The notes under the pieces: model-generated
What the model was told of the DNA's origin: nothing
Databases searched by the model: none
What the model saw: only the letters and a program-made list of their open reading frames with translations
IMG/VR virus record: IMGVR_UViG_3300037785_000022
Coordinates: 1-35,942 of that record
From: a virus
Taxonomy: Duplodnaviria; Caudoviricetes
Reading direction: 5' to 3' (one strand)
Length of the DNA stretch: 35,942 bases
Shown: positions 1-6,357 of the stretch, piece after piece
Layout: each line of letters starts with the position of its first letter
How positions within the stretch are numbered: the first letter of the stretch is position 1
Made by a program: the position numbers and the translations under genes

Positions 1-138
1 CCAAATGACGTTTGCTACATCCGCACCGACCTTCACGAACGCCTCATGGCCGAGGCCGTAGCGTCGGCGGTCCAGACCGTGCTTGACGACGTGGGATACA
101 CCTATGAGCAGCTGGGCGAAGATGCCCGCGCCCTGATC
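1..138. repeat. Copy of 35605..35742 (contig-end redundancy, allele A)
   Basis: Identical over 1-101, mismatches at 102, 112 and 117, divergent after 138. Confidence 0.95.
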
Positions 139-330
139 CCCGACCCCTCAATCCTCCACGACCCACTCGTAGCAGAAGCCGTAGCGGCGGCGCTGGAGGA
201 AGCTGTGGACAAAATGGACATGGGTTGGAGTTACAACGCTGGAAACGCCATCCGCGCCCTGATCAAAGACCCCTCAATCCTCGCAAAGCGTGACGCGCGG
301 ATGAGGGCAGAGGAAGAGGAGGAAGGGTGA
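46..330 (+). CDS. 3' part of a modular early protein (allele A of the gene starting at 35509)
   Basis: Its N-terminal part matches ORF 35509..35772; it contains two AEAVAxA...RALIxDPSIL modules. Confidence 0.65.
   Translation: MAEAVASAVQTVLDDVGYTYEQLGEDARALIPDPSILHDPLVAEAVAAALEEAVDKMDMGWSYNAGNAIRALIKDPSILAKRDARMRAEEEEEG
184..310. repeat. Exact 127 bp copy of 35816..35942 (circularisation overlap)
   Basis: GCGGCGGCGCTGGAGG...GATGAGGGCAG is identical at both ends; 127 bp is a common assembler k-mer size. Confidence 0.95.
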
Positions 331-581
331 TGAAGCGCGACGATCTTGCGCCGTGGGCGCGCTGGATGCCGAGTTGGCTTCTGATGGTGGTCCTATTGGT
401 TTTAGCCACAATCAATATTCCAATTTTCGCCGCCAACGGCCTAAAGCACGGGCTGATAGAATGGTGGATCACGTTCATGTCGGAAACGTCAATCTTGCGA
501 GTGATGCTGCGCAACGAAAAAACCCCCGCGCCGGGGGCAAGTAAGCGCCGCGCGGCTGAGATAGAGAAGGGAGAAGGGTGA
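327..581 (+). CDS. Small membrane protein
   Basis: Hydrophobic stretch WLLMVVLLVLATINIPIFAA; start coupled to the upstream stop (GAAGGGTGATG). Confidence 0.6.
   Translation: MMKRDDLAPWARWMPSWLLMVVLLVLATINIPIFAANGLKHGLIEWWITFMSETSILRVMLRNEKTPAPGASKRRAAEIEKGEG
516..538 (-). terminator. Rho-independent terminator on the minus (late) strand
   Basis: Minus strand reads GCCCCC-GGCGC-GGGGGT followed by a T run. Confidence 0.65.
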
Positions 582-898
582 TGGGTGACACTTTCGCTGT
601 CGTTGTGCGCATGATGTGGATCGACTCTACCATCAACGACAAAGGCCAGATTAACCGGGCCGACATCATGCGCGCCTTCGCGGTGTCGGCTCCGCAGGCC
701 AACCTCGACCTAAAACGCTACATGGCCGCAAACGCGGGGCGCATCGCCTACGATGTGCGAGCGAAGACCTACGTTCAGATTGAGGGGTCGAAACCCCTAT
801 TCTGGGGCGGGGCGCGCGCGGCGGCAGACAAAATGGTTCGGCAGGTGGCCGAGGTGCTGAACCCGCCAACCGAAGCTGACGGGAAAGTAGAAGGGTGA
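581..898 (+). CDS. Stand-alone winged-helix protein resembling the N-terminal DNA-binding domain of BrxR/CapW WYL regulators
   Basis: RMMWIDSTINDKGQINRADIMRAFAVSAPQANLDLKRY...IAYDVRAKTYV fits the GxINRxDLxxxFxxSxPQAxxDLxxY...YDxxxKxY pattern; no WYL domain follows. Confidence 0.75.
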   Translation: MGDTFAVVVRMMWIDSTINDKGQINRADIMRAFAVSAPQANLDLKRYMAANAGRIAYDVRAKTYVQIEGSKPLFWGGARAAADKMVRQVAEVLNPPTEADGKVEG

Positions 899-1044
899 TG
901 CGCCCCGGAAAGTATGACCCAGCCCGGTCCTCCGTGCCCGCGTGGTGGCGGCTCGGGATCAGGGGCGCAGATGGTGTCTGGCGCATGACATGGCCGATTG
1001 CCCGACGACTCAGGAGAGCCGCTAAGGAAAGCCCCCGGCGATGA
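898..1044 (+). CDS. 48 aa basic, Trp-rich hypothetical peptide (not in ORF track)
   Basis: MRPGKYDPARSSVPAWWRLGIRG...SPRR; TGATG-coupled with the same junction motif as the upstream genes. Confidence 0.45.
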   Translation: MRPGKYDPARSSVPAWWRLGIRGADGVWRMTWPIARRLRRAAKESPRR

Positions 1045-1055
1045 AGCCGAGGGCC
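1026..1055 (-). terminator. Probable terminator at the end of the late transcript
   Basis: Minus strand GCCCTCGGC-TTCATC-GCCGGGGGC-TTTCC, at the point where plus and minus genes converge. Confidence 0.55.
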
Positions 1056-1101
1056 AGTAAGCGCCGCGCGGATACAGGGCGGTGAAATCAGCAAGACGGC
1101 G

Positions 1102-1407
1102 CTATGAGATAGTATGCTGCGGGCCGCGATAGGTGCAAGAGATTTGACGCTCCATCAGCAGCCCGCCCCAGCCCGACTTGACCATGCGCTCCTGCTCAAT
1201 AGCCCAAGCCGCAGGGCCATGCCGAACACACTCCTCGCGGCTTGCCCACGGGCCAATGCGCGACAGACCGCAAGCCTCATGGCGGGGCATCTGAGCGTCG
1301 GGTATGCAGATCATGCGCTCGGCCCACCAGTATCGGTTTGTCTCCTGCGCGCTAGACACAACGGGCGTTGTGCATAGCAGAACGGTGAATGCTAAACACA
1401 AGCGCAT
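1102..1407 (-). CDS. Secreted Cys-containing hypothetical protein
   Basis: Signal-peptide-like MRLCLAFTVLLCTTPVVSSA; four Cys in the mature part. Confidence 0.55.
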   Translation of the reverse strand: MRLCLAFTVLLCTTPVVSSAQETNRYWWAERMICIPDAQMPRHEACGLSRIGPWASREECVRHGPAAWAIEQERMVKSGWGGLLMERQISCTYRGPQHTIS

Positions 1408-1498
1408 CAGTCCGGCCTCGTGAACACGGCGAGGATGATGCGTTGAAGCCACGGCCTGACCTTGTATCTGCGGAGATAGTATCGGGCCATCTGGCGGT

Positions 1499-1744
1499 TC
1501 ATGGGATCAGCCCCTCTTGAGCAGAGCAGACTGCGGCAAAGGTAGCGTAGAGACGGGTGATTTGGTCGATGGTGGTCTGCGTATCGTTCCTTGACCGCGT
1601 AGGGAGCGCGTAGCCGAGGGTTTCACAGATCGCTACCTCAGTCTCGGAAGCCCGCATCATCGAATCGCCGCAACCGCTCATCAGCCCGATCAGCGCGAGC
1701 GCGAATGTCCAGCGCGCGCTCTGTGTCAGCCTTCTCTGCCTCAT
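1499..1744 (-). CDS. o-spanin (Rz1-like lipoprotein)
   Basis: Basic N-terminus, hydrophobic core and lipobox-like LMSG|C; overlaps the upstream spanin in another frame; last gene of the lysis cassette. Confidence 0.7.
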   Translation of the reverse strand: MRQRRLTQSARWTFALALIGLMSGCGDSMMRASETEVAICETLGYALPTRSRNDTQTTIDQITRLYATFAAVCSAQEGLIP

Positions 1745-1847
1745 CTTCAGCTTCCTTTCTCCCGGACCGTTTCTGCACTTGCCCGAAGCCGAGAATGCCG
1801 AGAACTAGCGCCACCAGCCCGCCCAGGATCACAGCTAGATCACTCAT
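1638..1847 (-). CDS. i-spanin (Rz-like)
   Basis: N-terminal TM helix followed by a charged helical domain; lysis-cassette position. Confidence 0.7.
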   Translation of the reverse strand: MSDLAVILGGLVALVLGILGFGQVQKRSGRKEAEDEAEKADTERALDIRARADRADERLRRFDDAGFRD

Positions 1848-2077
1848 TCCGGCCTCCCGGCGTATGCGCGTTCAAGTTTCGCCCGGATGCCGATCAGACC
1901 AAATCCAAGATAGATGAGTGCTGCGGGCGAGGCGTCGGCTGATCCAGCGAACATCGCAAGCAATCGGCCCATCTCGGTTAGCGCAAAGCTATCGGGCATG
2001 GCCATGATTGCAGCGCCAGTCAGGACCGCCAGAACACCGGCCCACCACGTCAGGCTGAGAGGGCGAAAGTAACTCAT
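1844..2077 (-). CDS. Putative holin
   Basis: 77 aa with two hydrophobic helices, directly after the endolysin. Confidence 0.65.
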   Translation of the reverse strand: MSYFRPLSLTWWAGVLAVLTGAAIMAMPDSFALTEMGRLLAMFAGSADASPAALIYLGFGLIGIRAKLERAYAGRPE

Positions 2078-2661
2078 GCGTCACCCCGCAAGGCTAAGAG
2101 GATGCGGCGAAACAGTGCAGAAAGCCCAGAGGGGCGCTGAGAGGGTGCCGGAGCGGCAGGTTGCGGCTTCGGGCGTGTCGCTACCGTATTGGGCCGAGGT
2201 GCCGTCACAGGACCAAATCTGAGCCACTCACCCACCTTGAAGCAAGGGCAGCCCTTGGCGTCGGTGTAGTCGTTGTGGCCTTCGATGTGCTTGATCGCCG
2301 GATACCGCTCGCACAGGTCGGTAATCAGGTCGCGCAGTGCCTTGTCCTGCTCGGACGTGAAGTGGTCGGCAAAGTCATCCGTCGCCAGCCCCCACCGCCC
2401 ATCCGGCCAGCGCCCGCCGATCAAGCAAATGCCGACGCTGCCGGTGTTGTGGCCCTTCACATGCGCGCCGGTTTTGTTCAGATGCCGCCCGGTTGTGACA
2501 GCCCCGTCGCGGTCTACCAAATAATGATAGCCAATTTCCCGAAAGCCGCGCTCTCGATGCCAGCGGTCAATCTCGTCGCGCTTTGCTTTGACCCCCTGAC
2601 CAGCCATCCAATCAGGCGGCGTGGCCGAGGCGTGGACGATCAGGGTGTCAAAGTTTCGCAT
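2074..2661 (-). CDS. Endolysin, N-acetylmuramoyl-L-alanine amidase (T7 lysozyme-like Amidase_2)
   Basis: LIVHASAT, IGYHYLVDRDG, GAHVKGHN, IEGHND and KGCPCF motifs; Pro-rich linker and amphipathic C-terminal tail. Confidence 0.92.
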   Translation of the reverse strand: MRNFDTLIVHASATPPDWMAGQGVKAKRDEIDRWHRERGFREIGYHYLVDRDGAVTTGRHLNKTGAHVKGHNTGSVGICLIGGRWPDGRWGLATDDFADHFTSEQDKALRDLITDLCERYPAIKHIEGHNDYTDAKGCPCFKVGEWLRFGPVTAPRPNTVATRPKPQPAAPAPSQRPSGLSALFRRILLALRGDA

Positions 2662-2891
2662 CACTGACCTACCTTGGCGATCAGGGCTTTGATGTCGTCG
2701 CGTATCTCAGCAAGCATCTTGTTGGTGTCTTCGCGCGCTTCTTTCGAAGCTTGGATGTCTTCCTTGCGCTGGTTCCAGAGCCGCTTGATCTCTTTGGTGT
2801 TGTCCATAGCCCTCGCCTCCAGCCTGATTAGCCAAGCTCCAAGTGCCACAAAGCCTACCACCACCGGCCAAAATTGAAGGACAAGTTCCAC
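2661..2891 (-). CDS. Small membrane protein with coiled coil (lysis-associated)
   Basis: GTG start, one TM helix and a coiled coil; lies upstream of the endolysin. Confidence 0.65.
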   Translation of the reverse strand: MELVLQFWPVVVGFVALGAWLIRLEARAMDNTKEIKRLWNQRKEDIQASKEAREDTNKMLAEIRDDIKALIAKVGQ

Positions 2892-2892
2892 G

Positions 2893-3369
2893 TCAAATCT
2901 CCATCGGTATCGCTTGCAGCCCCATCGCCGCCACAGCATCTGGTCCCTTCATGCCGATCACCGCAACGAGGTTCGTGCTGTCAGCCTGTGGCACGGGGTT
3001 GTCAGGCATTTCGCCCGTCTCGGGGTCAAGCTGTGCAGGTTGCCAGATGACCAGACGGTCTTGCGCCCTACGAGCGCCCGTGAGGTTCACCACATACGGC
3101 GGGCCATACTCCCCCGTCTGCTCGTCTAGAGTGCCCACGTCCTGCGGAGGACGCTCTACAGGCCCCATCGTGGTGGCCGTGGCAATCCAGTCGGCGGAGG
3201 CGTTGAAGCTGCTAACGTGGAAGATGTTGCCTTGGGCGTCCTGATACTGCGCGCCAAAAGAGGCTTCCCATTCCTGCGGGGTGTAGCCATTGATCCAGCC
3301 CAGAGCGACCGCGAGGTTGCGGGTGTCGTCTAGGTGAGCGGCGGGAGTGGCGATGGTGAGGCGGGTCAT
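2893..3369 (-). CDS. Hypothetical protein, possibly a fibre-associated or assembly factor
   Basis: 158 aa ORF coupled to the fibre gene. Confidence 0.7.
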   Translation of the reverse strand: MTRLTIATPAAHLDDTRNLAVALGWINGYTPQEWEASFGAQYQDAQGNIFHVSSFNASADWIATATTMGPVERPPQDVGTLDEQTGEYGPPYVVNLTGARRAQDRLVIWQPAQLDPETGEMPDNPVPQADSTNLVAVIGMKGPDAVAAMGLQAIPMEI

Positions 3370-5231
3370 GCGAGGGTCACTCCACTGCGGTTGGCGAGAT
3401 AGGTTTCGGTGTTGGAAAGTTCCCCAGCATCAGGCGGATCAAGACGAATGATGAGGCCAAACAAGTTTAGAGGGCTGTAATTAATGAAACCCGTTCCACC
3501 AAATTCAGGCGCGTTCCAAGCACCAAGATCAATTTCTTTATTTAGATCAATAATCGCACTGCTTATATTAGTCGCCGCAGTAGCGACTTGAGACCCATTT
3601 CGGCGGAGATATGCATTAGATGCATCGCTATAGCCAGTCAAAACATTTGGGGCGGTAATGTCTGGGCTAGCGTTAATTAAATTGTCTGTTGCTGCGCCAA
3701 CGTCAGCAAAATTCCATCTGTTTCCAGAGGCACTGAAAACAGAAAGCGTTGCAACTTCTCCGCCAGCCCCACTTGAGTAAAATCCGTTAGACACACCGAA
3801 AACAACGCACGTCGCCGCTGCCCCATCGGAACTGCTTGCTCCAGCAGAAGCCCAAGCGGTTTGTGTGGCAGCCCAATTTGTGTTGGCAGACTGCATAACG
3901 TCATCCACCCCATCAAACGACAGGTAGTCTAGGCTATCAACGCCAGCCTCGGTGATGTCGTATTCGGACGAAACGCGCTGGTAATTTGATGCAGAGGAGG
4001 CTTCTTCGATTTGTGCGCCCCAGAGGTAGATGCCGGAGGTGCCGTCAGCCGTCACTGCGCGAGAATTATCTGCGTCTACGACCGCATAAACTCCGCCAAA
4101 GCTAAGAGTTTGGGCTGAGATATTCACAATAGAACAACGATACCACCCGTTCCCGACAGACTCTATGTTGGCAGTATACCCAGCGGAAACCGTGCCCACA
4201 GTCCCCGTTGAAAGATCAAAATACGCCGCTGCTGTCCCGCTCCCGATAGGGTCTATAAGTAGGAAATTTTTCCCAGCGGCTTTTGCGTAAACGCTTCTTA
4301 CATATAGATTAGACGCAAGAGACTCAGTTTGGTAAACCCAGCGATTATTGCCAGACGACAGCGGGTAAAGTAAGTCGGCAGTAGTGGCCCCATCGGGTGC
4401 TGTTGTGGCGTTGGCCGTGACGGAGACGCCGCCCTTAACCCAAACCGCATTATCAAACTCCTCAGTCCGCTCCAGCAGGTTCCTCCGCCCCCCTTCAGGC
4501 ACACGGGCGAGGGTCGGGCGAGAGGCTGCGGTCCCCTGAGTGGCGTGGTTGCCGGGGAGTTCCTTAAACGTAACGTTGTCATACTCGTAAACGGAATTTG
4601 CGGCATTGGCCAAGCATCTAACCTGAACAGTTGTCCTGTCGCACAACCAAACAAAAGAAAAAGTCCCTGAAGAAATAGACCCTGAAGGAAATCCAAAACC
4701 TGCGGCACCCAACTGAATTTGCGCTCCGCTTGTTCCCGATATGTAAAAAATATCGCCAGAGACAAGATAGTGTTTGCCAACAGTCAAGCCGGACAGGCTT
4801 TGATAGGCATAAGGAAAGCTGGTCGACCCATCACCGGCAACACGCATCCTGCCCGAAGAATAAGTTGCGGTGGCACTGTTCGCCTCCGTCCAACCACTAA
4901 TATCACTGTCAAACGTCCCGTTAGTGACCAGCTCACTCCCCAGCCCCGTAAAGCTGCCACCCGAATACCCAGCCCCCTGAGACTTATCGAGCAAGAACCC
5001 ACAGGCTTGGCCATAGTCACAAGGCGTCAGGTCGGTAGTGGACAGGAACGCGGTGCTGGTCGAAGGCTCATACCAGACGCCTTCCTCGCCAGAAGCAAAG
5101 AGGGACGCAGGGTCAAAGGCAGGAGCGCCCCCAGCATCATACACCTGCACCGACCCAAGGTAGGCCGTGCTGATAGCCGTAGAGCCGAGGTAGAGCGCCG
5201 CGAGTGCCGTAGTGCCGAGGTTCAGAGCCAT
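3366..5231 (-). CDS. Receptor-binding/fibre protein with beta-sandwich (LamG/CBM-like) modules
   Basis: PASLFASGEEGVWY..DKS..GNHATQ..RP..LSFDGVDD scaffold interrupted by ELVTNGTFDSDISGW and RRNLLERTEEFDNAVW..GNGWYRC..WGAQIE modules. Confidence 0.75.
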   Translation of the reverse strand: MALNLGTTALAALYLGSTAISTAYLGSVQVYDAGGAPAFDPASLFASGEEGVWYEPSTSTAFLSTTDLTPCDYGQACGFLLDKSQGAGYSGGSFTGLGSELVTNGTFDSDISGWTEANSATATYSSGRMRVAGDGSTSFPYAYQSLSGLTVGKHYLVSGDIFYISGTSGAQIQLGAAGFGFPSGSISSGTFSFVWLCDRTTVQVRCLANAANSVYEYDNVTFKELPGNHATQGTAASRPTLARVPEGGRRNLLERTEEFDNAVWVKGGVSVTANATTAPDGATTADLLYPLSSGNNRWVYQTESLASNLYVRSVYAKAAGKNFLLIDPIGSGTAAAYFDLSTGTVGTVSAGYTANIESVGNGWYRCSIVNISAQTLSFGGVYAVVDADNSRAVTADGTSGIYLWGAQIEEASSASNYQRVSSEYDITEAGVDSLDYLSFDGVDDVMQSANTNWAATQTAWASAGASSSDGAAATCVVFGVSNGFYSSGAGGEVATLSVFSASGNRWNFADVGAATDNLINASPDITAPNVLTGYSDASNAYLRRNGSQVATAATNISSAIIDLNKEIDLGAWNAPEFGGTGFINYSPLNLFGLIIRLDPPDAGELSNTETYLANRSGVTLA

Positions 5232-5233
5232 GT

Positions 5234-5599
5234 TTACCCCGTGATAACGTAGAGCGTGGCAGCGTCAGGGGTGATCGCGTCATACTCAGCCTGAGTGAGC
5301 GAGATGACGTTGGTGATAGCATCCGCACCAGTCACGCCGGTTACATCGCTTTCGACCATCAGTGCGATGTCAGCGGGCTGGGTAGCAGTGTCAGCCAATG
5401 CGCCCTGTGCAGCCGTGGCATAGTCAGTCGGGTCAAATGCCTTCACAGCCGCAAGGTTCGTGACCTCGCTGTCCATAAGCGCACCAGCCGCCGTGACATT
5501 GGCCGTGTCGGTTACATCAGCACCAGCCTCAATGCCGTTGACCTTGGTGATCGCCGCGTCAATCTGAGCGCCGGTGAATGAGGAGTTGTAGTCAGCCAT
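5234..5599 (-). CDS. Small fibre/structural protein
   Basis: KVNGIEAGADVTDTANVTAAGALMDSE fibre-type motif; LTQAEYDAI..LYVI C-terminus. Confidence 0.7.
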   Translation of the reverse strand: MADYNSSFTGAQIDAAITKVNGIEAGADVTDTANVTAAGALMDSEVTNLAAVKAFDPTDYATAAQGALADTATQPADIALMVESDVTGVTGADAITNVISLTQAEYDAITPDAATLYVITG

Positions 5600-5602
5600 C
5601 GG

Positions 5603-5734
5603 TTACTCCCTGACTTTGAATGTGTCGCCGTTGGCGTCGATCAGGCTGTCAGACCCAGAGGGGATAAACAGCACATAGACAATCTCTATGAGTTGCCGAC
5701 GCCTGCGCCTCAGAATGGCGGCGAGAATGCCCAT
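5603..5734 (-). CDS. 43 aa hypothetical peptide (not in ORF track)
   Basis: MGILAAILRRRRRQLIEIVYVLFIPSGSDSLIDANGDTFKVRE fills the gap between its neighbours exactly. Confidence 0.6.
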   Translation of the reverse strand: MGILAAILRRRRRQLIEIVYVLFIPSGSDSLIDANGDTFKVRE

Positions 5735-5737
5735 CGG

Positions 5738-6091
5738 TCAGCCCCTCCAGCCCCGGAACGCCAGCCGCACGTTGATGCTGTCAGACGTGCCGCCGCTGAT
5801 CGCTGGCCGGATATACACCGCAGCCGTCGAGAACTCGGCAAAGCCCGCAGCCGTGACGGAAATCGCGTTGCCAGACACATCATTGAGCGCCGCCCAGGTG
5901 GTGCCGTCATTGGACACCTGAAGCGCAACCGTCGCGCCGCCAAACGTGCCGTCAACCTGCACACAGCCAATCGCGCCGTATTCCTCGGGGATAGCGTATT
6001 CGGTGATGGTGTCAGCCGTTGCCGCGCCGAGCCAGTTGACAATGCGCGCCGTGCTGATCGGGCCGTCAGTCGAAGGGGTGATCGTCGCCAT
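5738..6091 (-). CDS. Small beta-rich virion protein
   Basis: QVDGTFGGATVALQVSNDGTTW motif; GGAG RBS. Confidence 0.7.
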   Translation of the reverse strand: MATITPSTDGPISTARIVNWLGAATADTITEYAIPEEYGAIGCVQVDGTFGGATVALQVSNDGTTWAALNDVSGNAISVTAAGFAEFSTAAVYIRPAISGGTSDSINVRLAFRGWRG

Positions 6092-6177
6092 CGGATTACT
6101 CCATGTTCAAGGGCGTTGCGTTGGCCCGATATTGCTGAGAAAATAGCACATCACGCATAACCTTGAAAGGACGCGAG

Positions 6178-6357
6178 ATGACCGCAGAAGAAATCGCCTT
6201 GCTCAAGCAAAGGCTGAATGCACCGCACCGCATCCAAAGCAAGCGGGTGCTATACGACACCTGCCGGAAAGCCGCCGCGCTGATTGAGGCGCTGGAAGCC
6301 AAGCCGAAGCGGGGAAGGCCGCCGAAGGTGAAAGACGAAACCGTCATCGCGGAGTAA
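6178..6357 (+). CDS. Small basic antisense-oriented protein with AT-hook-like KRGRPPK
   Basis: AAGGA RBS 6 nt before the ATG; convergent with 6344..8506. Confidence 0.6.
   Translation: MTAEEIALLKQRLNAPHRIQSKRVLYDTCRKAAALIEALEAKPKRGRPPKVKDETVIAE

Noticed and set aside
320-900. CRISPR array or integron attC array
   Set aside because: The repeats are only 11 bp, non-palindromic and separated by whole genes; no cas gene or integron integrase is present.
3366-5231. Diversity-generating retroelement target
   Set aside because: No reverse transcriptase and no TR/VR pair with adenine-specific mismatches was seen.
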